NCBI RefSeq assembly: GCF_009914755.1
Contig: NC_060938.1
Length of the DNA: 64,000 nt
From: the human T2T-CHM13v2.0 reference genome, Homo sapiens
Strand: one strand, 5' to 3'
Shown here: one piece after another, positions 51,701-63,700 of the stretch
Layout: every line of letters starts with the position of its first letter
How positions within the stretch are numbered: the stretch's first letter is position 1
The notes under the pieces: generated by a model
The model's input: only the letters and a program-made list of their open reading frames with translations
Told to the model about the DNA's origin: nothing
Database searches by the model: none
Translations under genes and position numbers: made by a program

Positions 51701-54700
51701 CAGAGGTCGCTGCATTTAGAAAGGAGGCGGGGTCAGAGGAATAGAAAGGGACGGGGCTGAAGAACACAGGTCGCTGCATTTAGAAAGGAGGCGGGGTCAG
51801 AGGAATAGAAAGGGACAGGGCTGAAGAACACAGGTCGCTGCATTTAGAAAGGAGGCGGGGTCAGAGGAATAGAAAGGGACAGGGCTGAAGAACAGAGGTC
51901 GCTGCATTTAGAAAGGAGGCGGGGTCAGAGGAATAGAAAGGGACAGGGCTGAAGAACAGAGGTCGCTGCATTTAGAAAGGAGGCGGGGTCAGAGGAATAG
52001 AAAGGGATAGGCCTGAAGAACACAGGTCGCTGCATTTAGAAAGGAGGCGGGGTCAGAGGAATAGAAAGGGATGGGGCTGAAGAACAGAGGTCGCTGCATT
52101 TAGAAAGGAGGCGGGGTCAGAGGAATAGAAAGGGACAGGGCTGAAGAACACAGGTCGCTGCATTTAGAAAGGAGGCGGGGTCAGAGGAATAGAAAGGGAC
52201 AGGGCTGAAAAACAGAGGTCGCTGCATTTAGAAAGGAGGCGGGGTCAGAGGAATAGAAAGGGACAGGGCTGAAGAACAGAGGTCGCTGCATTTAGAAAGG
52301 AGGCGGGGTCAGAGGAATAGAAAGGGACAGGGCTGAAGAACACAGGTCGCTGCATTTAGAAAGGAGGCGGGGTCAGAGGAATAGAAAGGGACAGGGCTGA
52401 AGAACACAGGTCGCTGCATTTAGAAAGGAGGCGGGGTCAGAGGAATAGAAAGGGACAGGACTGAAGAACACAGGTCGCTTCATTTAGAAAGGAGGCGGGG
52501 TCAGAGGAATAGAAAAGGACAGGGCTGAAGAACACAGGTCGCTGCATTTAGAAAGGAGGCGGGGTCAGAGGAATAGAAAGGGACAGGGCTGAAGAACAGA
52601 GGTCGCTGCATTTAGAAATGAGGCGGGGTCAGAGGAATAGAAAGGGACAGGGCTGAAGAACACAGGTCGCTGCATTTAGAAAGGAGGCGGGGTCAGAGGA
52701 ATAGAAAGGGACAGGGCTGAAGAACACAGGTCACTGCATTTAGAAAGGAGGCGGGGTCAGAGGAATAGAAAGGGACAGGGCTGAAGAACACAGGTCGCTG
52801 CATTTAGAAAGGAGGCGGGGTCAGAGGAATAGAAAGGGACAGGGCTGAAGAACACAGGTCGCTGCATTTAGAAAGGAGGCGGGGTCAGAGGAATAGAAAG
52901 GGATAGGACTGAAGAACACAGGTCGCTGCATTTAGAAAGGAGGCGGGGTCAGAGGAATAGAAAGGGATAGGCCTGAAGAACACAGGTCGCTGCATTTAGA
53001 AAGGAGGCGGGGTCAGAGGAATAGAAAGGGATAGGGCTGAAGAACACAGGTCGCTGCATTTAGAAAGGAGGCGGGGTCAGAGGAATAGAAAGGGACAGGG
53101 CTGAAGAACACAGGTCGCTGCATTTAGAAAGGAGGCGGGGTCAGTAGAATAGAAAGGGACAGGACAGAAGAACACAGGTCGCTGCATTTAGAAAGGAGGC
53201 GGGGTCAGAGGAATAGAAAGGGATAGGGCTGAAGAACAGAGGTCGCTGCATTTAGAAAGGAGGCGGGGTCAGAGGAATAGAAAGGGATAGGGCTGAAGAA
53301 CACAGGTCGCTGCATTTAGAAAGGAGGCGGGGTCAGAGGAATAGAAAGGGACAGGGCTGAAGAACACAGGTCGCTGCATTTAGAAAGGAGGCGGGGTCAG
53401 AGGAATAGAAAGGGACGGGGCTGAAGAACAGAGGTCGCTGCATTTAGAAAGGAGGCGGGGTCAGAGTAATAGAAAGGGATGGGGCTGAAGAACAGAGGTC
53501 GCTGCATTTAGAAAGGAGGCGGGGTCAGAGGAATAGAAAGGGACAGGGCTGAAGAACACAGGTCGCTGCATTTAGAAAGGAGGCGGGGTCAGAGGAATAG
53601 AAAGGGACAGGGCTGAAGAACACAGGTCGCTGCATTTAGAAAGGAGGCGGGGTCAGAGGAATAGAAAGGGACAGGGCTGAAGAACAGAGGTCGCTGCATT
53701 TAGAAAGGAGGCGGGGTCAGAGGAATAGAAAGGGACAGGGCTGAAGAACACAGGTCGCTGCATTTAGAAAGGAGGCGGGGTCAGAGGAATAGAAAGGGAC
53801 AGGGCTGAAGAACAGAGGTCGCTGCATTTAGAAAGGAGGCGGGGTCAGAGTAATAGAAAGGGACAGGGCTGAAGAACACAGGTCGCTGCATTTAGAAAGG
53901 AGGCGGGGTCAGAGGAATAGAAAGGGACAGGGCTGAAGAACACAGGTCGCTGCATTTAGAAAGGAGGCGGGGTCAGAGGAATAGAAAGGGACAGGGCTGA
54001 AGAACACAGGTCGCTGCATTTAGAAAGGAGGCGGGGTCAGAGGAATAGAAAGGGATAGGACTGAAGAACACAGGTCGCTGCATTTAGAAAGGAGGCGGGG
54101 TCAGAGGAATAGAAAGGGATAGGCCTGAAGAACACAGGTCGCTGCATTTAGAAAGGAGGCGGGGTCAGAGGAATAGAAAGGGATAGGGCTGAAGAACACA
54201 GGTCGCTGCATTTAGAAAGGAGGCGGGGTCAGAGGAATAGAAAGGGACAGGGCTGAAGAACACAGGTCGCTGCATTTAGAAAGGAGGCGGGGTCAGTAGA
54301 ATAGAAAGGGACAGGACAGAAGAACACAGGTCGCTGCATTTAGAAAGGAGGCGGGGTCAGAGGAATAGAAAGGGATAGGGCTGAAGAACAGAGGTCGCTG
54401 CATTTAGAAAGGAGGCGGGGTCAGAGGAATAGAAAGGGATAGGGCTGAAGAACAGAGGTCGCTGCATTTAGAAAGGAGGCGGGGTCAGAGGAATAGAAAG
54501 GGACAGGGCTGAAGAACACAGGTCGCTGCATTTAGAAAGGAGGCGGGGTCAGAGGAATAGAAAGGGATGGGGCTGAAGAACAGAGGTCGCTGCATTTAGA
54601 AAGGAGGCGGGGTCAGAGTAATAGAAAGGGATGGGGCTGAAGAACAGAGGTCGCTGCATTTAGAAAGGAGGCGGGGTCAGAGGAATAGAAAGGGACAGGG

Positions 54701-57700
54701 CTGAAGAACACATGTCGCTGCATTTAGAAAGGAGGCGGGGTCAGAGGAATAGAAAGGGATAGGGCTGAAGAACACAGGTCGCTGCATTTAGAAAGGAGGC
54801 GGGGTCAGAGGAATAGAAAGGGATAGGGCTGAAGAACACAGGTCGCTGCATTTAGAAAGGAGGCGGGGTCAGAGGAATAGAAAGGGATAGGGCTGAAGAA
54901 CACAGGTCGCTGCATTTAGAAAGGAGGCGGGGTCAGAGGAATAGAAAGGGATAGGACTGAAGAACACAGGTCGCTGCATTTAGAAAGGAGGCGGGGTCAG
55001 AGGAATAGAAAGGGACAGGGCTGAAGAACACAGGTCGCTGCATTTAGAAAGGAGGCGGGGTCAGAGGAATAGAAAGGGATAGGCCTGAAGAACACAGGTC
55101 GCTGCATTTAGAAAGGAGGCGGGGTCAGAGGAATAGAAAGGGATAGGGCTGAAGAACACAGGTCGCTGCATTTAGAAAGGAGGCGGGGTCAGAGGAATAG
55201 AAAGGGACAGGGCTGAAGAACACAGGTCGCTGCATTTAGAAAGGAGGCGGGGTCAGTAGAATAGAAAGGGACAGGACAGAAGAACACAGGTCGCTGCATT
55301 TAGAAAGGAGGCGGGGTCAGAGGAATAGAAAGGGACAGGGCTGAAGAACAGAGGTCGCTGCATTTAGAAATGAGGCGGGGTCAGAGGAATAGAAAGGGAC
55401 AGGACTGAAGAACACAGGTCGCTTCATTTAGAAAGGAGGCGGGGTCAGAGGAATAGAAAGGGACAGGACTGAAGAACACAGGTCGCTTCATTTAGAAAGG
55501 AGGCGGGGTCAGAGGAATAGAAAGGGACAGGGCTGAAGAACACAGGTCGCTGCATTTAGAAAGGAGGCGGGGTCAGAGGAATAGAAAGGGATAGGCCTGA
55601 AGAACACAGGTCGCTGCATTTAGAAAGGAGGCGGGGTCAGAGGAATAGAAAGGGATAGGACTGAAGAACACAGGTCGCTGCATTTAGAAAGGAGGCGGGG
55701 TCAGAGGAATAGAAAGGGATAGGCCTGAAGAACACAGGTCGCTGCATTTAGAAAGGAGGCGGGGTCAGAGGAATAGAAAGGGACAGGGCTGAAGAACACA
55801 GGTCGCTGCATTTAGAAAGGAGGCGGGGTCAGTAGAATAGAAAGGGACAGGACAGAAGAACACAGGTCGCTGCATTTAGAAAGGAGGCGGGGTCAGAGGA
55901 ATAGAAAGGGATAGGGCTGAAGAACAGAGGTCGCTGCATTTAGAAAGGAGGCGGGGTCAGAGGAATAGAAAGGGATAGGGCTGAAGAACACAGGTCGCTG
56001 CATTTAGAAAGGAGGCGGGGTCAGAGGAATAGAAAGGGACAGGGCTGAAGAACACAGGTCGCTGCATTTAGAAAGGAGGCGGGGTCAGAGGAATAGAAAG
56101 GGATGGGGCTGAAGAACAGAGGTCGCTGCATTTAGAAAGGAGGCGGGGTCAGAGTAATAGAAAGGGATGGGGCTGAAGAACAGAGGTCGCTGCATTTAGA
56201 AAGGAGGCGGGGTCAGAGGAATAGAAAGGGACAGGGCTGAAGAACACAGGTCGCTGCATTTAGAAAGGAGGCGGGGTCAGAGGAATAGAAAGGGACAGGG
56301 CTGAAGAACACAGGTCGCTGCATTTAGAAAGGAGGCGGGGTCAGAGGAATAGAAAGGGACAGGGCTGAAGAACAGAGGTCGCTGCATTTAGAAAGGAGGC
56401 GGGGTCAGAGGAATAGAAAGGGATAGGCCTGAAGAACACAGGTCGCTGCATTTAGAAAGGAGGCGGGGTCAGAGGAATAGAAAGGGATGGGGCTGAAGAA
56501 CAGAGGTCGCTGCATTTAGAAAGGAGGCGGGGTCAGAGGAATAGAAAGGGACAGGGCTGAAGAACACAGGTCGCTGCATTTAGAAAGGAGGCGGGGTCAG
56601 AGGAATAGAAAGGGACAGGGCTGAAGAACACAGGTCGCTGCATTTAGAAAGGAGGCGGGGTCAGAGGAATAGAAAGGGACAGGGCTGAAGAACAGAGGTC
56701 GCTGCATTTAGAAAGGAGGCGGGGTCAGAGGAATAGAAAGGGACAGGGCTGAAGAACAGAGGTCGCTGCATTTAGAAAGGAGGCGGGGTCAGAGGAATAG
56801 AAAGGGATAGGCCTGAAGAACACAGGTCGCTGCATTTAGAAAGGAGGCGGGGTCAGAGGAATAGAAAGGGATGGGGCTGAAGAACAGAGGTCGCTGCATT
56901 TAGAAAGGAGGCGGGGTCAGAGGAATAGAAAGGGACAGGGCTGAAGAACACAGGTCGCTGCATTTAGAAAGGAGGCGGGGTCAGAGGAATAGAAAGGGAC
57001 AGGGCTGAAGAACAGAGGTCGCTGCATTTAGAAAGGAGGCGGGGTCAGAGGAATAGAAAGGGACAGGGCTGAAGAACACAGGTCGCTGCATTTAGAAAGG
57101 AGGCGGGGTCAGAGGAATAGAAAGGGATGGGGCTGAAGAACAGAGGTCGCTGCATTTAGAAAGGAGGCGGGGTCAGAGGAATAGAAAGGGACGGGGCTGA
57201 AGAACAGAGGTCGCTGCATTTAGAAAGGAGGCGGGGTCAGAGGAATAGAAAGGGACAGGGCTGAAGAACAGAGGTCGCTGCATTTAGAAAGGAGGCGGGG
57301 TCAGAGGAATAGAAAGGGATAGGCCTGAAGAACACAGGTCGCTGCATTTAGAAAGGAGGCGGGGTAAGAGGAATAGAAAGGGATGGGGCTGAAGAACAGA
57401 GGTCGCTGCATTTAGAAAGGAGGCGGGGTCAGAGGAATAGAAAGGGACGGGGCTGAAGAACACAGGTCGCTGCATTTAGAAAGGAGGCGGGGTCAGAGGA
57501 ATAGAAAGGGACAGGGCTGAAGAACAGAGGTCGCTGCATTTAGAAAGGAGGCGGGGTCAGAGGAATAGAAAGGGACAGGGCTGAAGAACAGAGGTCGCTG
57601 CATTTAGAAAGGAGGCGGGGTCAGAGGAATAGAAAGGGACAGGGCTGAAGAACACAGGTCGCTGCATTTAGAAAGGAGGCGGGGTCAGAGGAATAGAAAG

Positions 57701-60700
57701 GGACAGGGCTGAAGAACACAGGTCGCTGCATTTAGAAAGGAGGCGGGGTCAGAGGAATAGAAAGGGACAGGACTGAAGAACACAGGTCGCTTCATTTAGA
57801 AAGGAGGCGGGGTCAGAGGAATAGAAAGGGACAGGGCTGAAGAACACAGGTAGCTGCATTTAGAAAGGAGGCGGGGTCAGAGGAATAGAAAGGGACAGGG
57901 CTGAAGAACAGAGGTCGCTGCATTTAGAAATGAGGCGGGGTCAGAGGAATAGAAAGGGACAGGGCTGAAGAACACAGGTCGCTGCATTTAGAAAGGAGGC
58001 GGGGTCAGAGGAATAGAAAGGGACAGGGCTGAAGAACACAGGTCACTGCATTTAGAAAGGAGGCGGGGTCAGAGGAATAGAAAGGGACAGGGCTGAAGAA
58101 CACAGGTCGCTGCATTTAGAAAGGAGGCGGGGTCAGAGGAATAGAAAGGGACAGGGCTGAAGAACACAGGTCGCTGCATTTAGAAAGGAGGCGGGGTCAG
58201 AGGAATAGAAAGGGACAGGGCTGAAGAACACAGGTCGCTGCATTTAGAAAGGAGGCGGGGTCAGAGGAATAGAAAGGGATAGGACTGAAGAACACAGGTC
58301 GCTGCATTTAGAAAGGAGGCGGGGTCAGAGGAATAGAAAGGGATAGGCCTGAAGAACACAGGTCGCTGCATTTAGAAAGGAGGCGGGGTCAGAGGAATAG
58401 AAAGGGATAGGGCTGAAGAACACAGGTCGCTGCATTTAGAAAGGAGGCGGGGTCAGAGGAATAGAAAGGGACAGGGCTGAAGAACACAGGTCGCTGCATT
58501 TAGAAAGGAGGCGGGGTCAGTAGAATAGAAAGGGACAGGACAGAAGAACACAGGTCGCTGCATTTAGAAAGGAGGCGGGGTCAGAGGAATAGAAAGGGAT
58601 AGGGCTGAAGAACAGAGGTCGCTGCATTTAGAAAGGAGGCGGGGTCAGAGGAATAGAAAGGGATAGGGCTGAAGAACACAGGTCGCTGCATTTAGAAAGG
58701 AGGCGGGGTCAGAGGAATAGAAAGGGACAGGGCTGAAGAACACAGGTCGCTGCATTTAGAAAGGAGGCGGGGTCAGAGGAATAGAAAGGGATAGGGCTGA
58801 AGAACACAGGTCGCTGCATTTAGAAAGGAGGCGGGGTCAGAGGAATAGAAAGGGACAGGGCTGAGGAACAGAGGTCGCTGCATTTAGAAAGGAGGCGGGG
58901 TCAGAGGAATAGAAAGGGACAGGGCTGAAGAACACAGGTCGCTGCATTTAGAAAGGAGGCGGGGTCAGAGGAATAGAAAGGGACAGGGCTGAAGAACAGA
59001 GGTCGCTGCATTTAGAAAGGAGGCGGGGTCAGAGGAATAGAAAGGGATAGGCCTGAAGAACACAGGTCGCTGCATTTAGAAAGGAGGCGGGGTCAGAGGA
59101 ATAGAAAGGGATGGGGCTGAAGAACAGAGGTCGCTGCATTTAGAAAGGAGGCGGGGTCAGAGGAATAGAAAGGGACAGGGCTGAAGAACACAGGTCGCTG
59201 CATTTAGAAAGGAGGCGGGGTCAGAGGAATAGAAAGGGACAGGGCTGAAGAACACAGGTCGCTGCATTTAGAAAGGAGGCGGGGTCAGAGGAATAGAAAG
59301 GGACAGGGCTGAAGAACAGAGGTCGCTGCATTTAGAAAGGAGGCGGGGTCAGAGGAATAGAAAGGGACAGGGCTGAAGAACAGAGGTCGCTGCATTTAGA
59401 AAGGAGGCGGGGTCAGAGGAATAGAAAGGGATAGGCCTGAAGAACACAGGTCGCTGCATTTAGAAAGGAGGCGGGGTCAGAGGAATAGAAAGGGATGGGG
59501 CTGAAGAACAGAGGTCGCTGCATTTAGAAAGGAGGCGGGGTCAGAGGAATAGAAAGGGACGGGGCTGAAGAACACAGGTCGCTGCATTTAGAAAGGAGGC
59601 GGGGTCAGAGGAATAGAAAGGGATAGGACTGAAGAACACAGGTCGCTGCATTTAGAAAGGAGGCGGGGTCAGAGGAATAGAAAGGGATAGGCCTGAAGAA
59701 CACAGGTCGCTGCATTTAGAAAGGAGGCGGGGTCAGAGGAATAGAAAGGGATAGGGCTGAAGAACACAGGTCGCTGCATTTAGAAAGGAGGCGGGGTCAG
59801 AGGAATAGAAAGGGACAGGGCTGAAGAACACAGGTCGCTGCATTTAGAAAGGAGGCGGGGTCAGTAGAATAGAAAGGGACAGGACAGAAGAACACAGGTC
59901 GCTGCATTTAGAAAGGAGGCGGGGTCAGAGGAATAGAAAGGGATAGGGCTGAAGAACAGAGGTCGCTGCATTTAGAAAGGAGGCGGGGTCAGAGGAATAG
60001 AAAGGGATAGGGCTGAAGAACACAGGTCGCTGCATTTAGAAAGGAGGCGGGGTCAGAGGAATAGAAAGGGACAGGGCTGAAGAACACAGGTCGCTGCATT
60101 TAGAAAGGAGGCGGGGTCAGAGGAATAGAAAGGGATAGGGCTGAAGAACACAGGTCGCTGCATTTAGAAAGGAGGCGGGGTCAGAGGAATAGAAAGGGAC
60201 AGGGCTGAGGAACAGAGGTCGCTGCATTTAGAAAGGAGGCGGGGTCAGAGGAATAGAAAGGGACAGGGCTGAAGAACACAGGTCGCTGCATTTAGAAAGG
60301 AGGCGGGGTCAGAGGAATAGAAAGGGACAGGGCTGAAGAACAGAGGTCGCTGCATTTAGAAAGGAGGCGGGGTCAGAGGAATAGAAAGGGATAGGCCTGA
60401 AGAACACAGGTCGCTGCATTTAGAAAGGAGGCGGGGTCAGAGGAATAGAAAGGGACGGGGCTGAAGAACAGAGGTCGCTGCATTTAGAAAGGAGGCGGGG
60501 TCAGAGGAATAGAAAGGGACAGGGCTGAAGAACACAGGTCGCTGCATTTAGAAAGGAGGCGGGGTCAGAGGAATAGAAAGGGACAGGGCTGAAGAACACA
60601 GGTCGCTGCATTTAGAAAGGAGGCGGGGTCAGAGGAATAGAAAGGGACAGGGCTGAAGAACAGAGGTCGCTGCATTTAGAAAGGAGGCGGGGTCAGAGGA

Positions 60701-63700
60701 ATAGAAAGGGACAGGGCTGAAGAACACAGGTCGCTGCATTTAGAAAGGAGGCGGGGTCAGAGGAATAGAAAGGGATAGGCCTGAAGAACACAGGTCGCTG
60801 CATTTAGAAAGGAGGCGGGGTCAGAGGAATAGAAAGGGATGGGGCTGAAGAACAGAGGTCGCTGCATTTAGAAAGGAGGCGGGGTCAGAGGAATAGAAAG
60901 GGACAGGGCTGAAGAACACAGGTCGCTGCATTTAGAAAGGAGGCGGGGTCAGAGGAATAGAAAGGGACAGGGCTGAAGAACAGAGGTCGCTGCATTTAGA
61001 AAGGAGGCGGGGTCAGAGGAATAGAAAGGGACAGGGCTGAAGAACAGAGGTCGCTGCATTTAGAAAGGAGGCGGGGTCAGAGGAATAGAAAGGGACAGGG
61101 CTGAAGAACACAGGTCGCTGCATTTAGAAAGGAGGCGGGGTCAGAGGAATAGAAAGGGACAGGGCTGAAGAACACAGGTCGCTGCATTTAGAAAGGAGGC
61201 GGGGTCAGAGGAATAGAAAGGGACAGGACTGAAGAACACAGGTCGCTTCATTTAGAAAGGAGGCGGGGTCAGAGGAATAGAAAAGGACAGGGCTGAAGAA
61301 CACAGGTCGCTGCATTTAGAAAGGAGGCGGGGTCAGAGGAATAGAAAGGGACAGGGCTGAAGAACAGAGGTCGCTGCATTTAGAAATGAGGCGGGGTCAG
61401 AGGAATAGAAAGGGACAGGGCTGAAGAACACAGGTCGCTGCATTTAGAAAGGAGGCGGGGTCAGAGGAATAGAAAGGGACAGGGCTGAAGAACACAGGTC
61501 ACTGCATTTAGAAAGGAGGCGGGGTCAGAGGAATAGAAAGGGACAGGGCTGAAGAACACAGGTCGCTGCATTTAGAAAGGAGGCGGGGTCAGAGGAATAG
61601 AAAGGGACAGGGCTGAAGAACACAGGTCGCTGCATTTAGAAAGGAGGCGGGGTCAGAGGAATAGAAAGGGATAGGACTGAAGAACACAGGTCGCTGCATT
61701 TAGAAAGGAGGCGGGGTCAGTAGAATAGAAAGGGACAGGACAGAAGAACACAGGTCGCTGCATTTAGAAAGGAGGCGGGGTCAGAGGAATAGAAAGGGAT
61801 AGGGCTGAAGAACAGAGGTCGCTGCATTTAGAAAGGAGGCGGGGTCAGAGGAATAGAAAGGGACAGGGCTGAAGAACACAGGTCGCTGCATTTAGAAAGG
61901 AGGCGGGGTCAGAGGAATAGAAAGGGATGGGGCTGAAGAACAGAGGTCGCTGCATTTAGAAAGGAGGCGGGGTCAGAGTAATAGAAAGGGATGGGGCTGA
62001 AGAACAGAGGTCGCTGCATTTAGAAAGGAGGCGGGGTCAGAGGAATAGAAAGGGACAGGGCTGAAGAACACAGGTCGCTGCATTTAGAAAGGAGGCGGGG
62101 TCAGAGGAATAGAAAGGGACAGGGCTGAAGAACACAGGTCGCTGCATTTAGAAAGGAGGCGGGGTCAGAGGAATAGAAAGGGACAGGGCTGAAGAACAGA
62201 GGTCGCTGCATTTAGAAAGGAGGCGGGGTCAGAGGAATAGAAAGGGATAGGCCTGAAGAACACAGGTCGCTGCATTTAGAAAGGAGGCGGGGTTAGAGGA
62301 ATAGGAAGGGACAGGGCTGAAGAACAGAGGTCGCTGCATTTAGAAAGGAGGCGGGGTCAGAGGAATAGAAAGGGACAGGGCTGAAGAACAGAGGTCGCTG
62401 CATTTAGAAAGGAGGCGGGGTCAGAGGAATAGAAAGGGAGAGGGCTGAAGAACACAGGTCGCTGCATTTAGAAAGGAGGCGGGGTCAGAGGAATAGAAAG
62501 GGACAGGGCTGAAGAACAGAGGTCGCTGCATTTAGAAAGGAGGCGGGGTCAGAGGAATAGAAAGGGACAGGGCTGAAGAACAGAGGTCGCTGCATTTAGA
62601 AAGGAGGCGGGGTCAGAGGAATAGAAAGGGACAGGACAGAAGAACACAGGTCGCTGCATTTAGAAAGGAGGCGGGGTCAGAGGAATAGAAAGGGATAGGG
62701 CTGAAGAACACAGGTCGCTGCATTTAGAAAGGAGGCGGGGTCAGAGGAATAGAAAGGGATAGGGCTGAAGAACAGAGGTCGCTGCATTTAGAAAGGAGGC
62801 GGGGTCAGTAGAATAGAAAGGGACAGGACAGAAGAACACAGGTCGCTGCATTTAGAAAGGAGGCGGGGTCAGAGGAATAGAAAGGGACAGGACAGAAGAA
62901 CACAGGTCGCTGCATTTAGAAAGGAGGCGGGGTCAGAGGAATAGAAAGGGACAGGGCTGAAGAACACAGGTCGCTGCATTTAGAAAGGAGGCGGGGTCAG
63001 AGGAATAGAAAGGGATAGGGCTGAAGAACACAGGTCGCTGCATTTAGAAAGGAGGCGGGGTCAGAGGAATAGAAAGGGACAGGGCTGAAGAACACAGGTC
63101 GCTGCATTTAGAAAGGAGGCGGGGTCAGAGGAATAGAAAGGGACAGGGCTGAAGAACACAGGTCGCTGCATTTAGAAAGGAGGCGGGGTCAGAGGAATAG
63201 AAAGGGACAGGGCTGAAGAACAGAGGTCGCTGCATTTAGAAAGGAGGCGGGGTCAGAGGAATAGAAAGGGATAGGCCTGAAGAACACAGGTCGCTGCATT
63301 TAGAAAGGAGGCGGGGTTAGAGGAATAGGAAGGGACAGGGCTGAAGAACAGAGGTCGCTGCATTTAGAAAGGAGGCGGGGTCAGAGGAATAGAAAGGGAT
63401 AGGACTGAAGAACAGAGGTCGCTGCATTTAGAAAGGAGGCGGGGTCAGAGGAATAGAAAGGGACAGGGCTGAAGAACAGAGGTCGCTGCATTTAGAAAGG
63501 AGGCGGGGTCAGAGGAATAGAAAGGGACAGGGCTGAAGAACAGAGGTCGCTGCATTTAGAAAGGAGGCGGGGTCAGAGGAATAGAAAGGGATAGGGCTGA
63601 AGAACACAGGTCGCTGCATTTAGAAAGGAGGCGGGGTCAGAGGAATAGAAAGGGACAGGGCTGAAGAACAGAGGTCGCTGCATTTAGAAAGGAGGCGGGG

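Noticed and set aside
57284-57475. 63-aa minus-strand ORF from the ORF track
   Set aside because: It spans exactly three monomers read in the three successive frames (64 mod 3 = 1). It is open only because a singleton C22>A at 57366 turns the recurrent minus-strand TGA into TTA. The product is low-complexity with no gene context.
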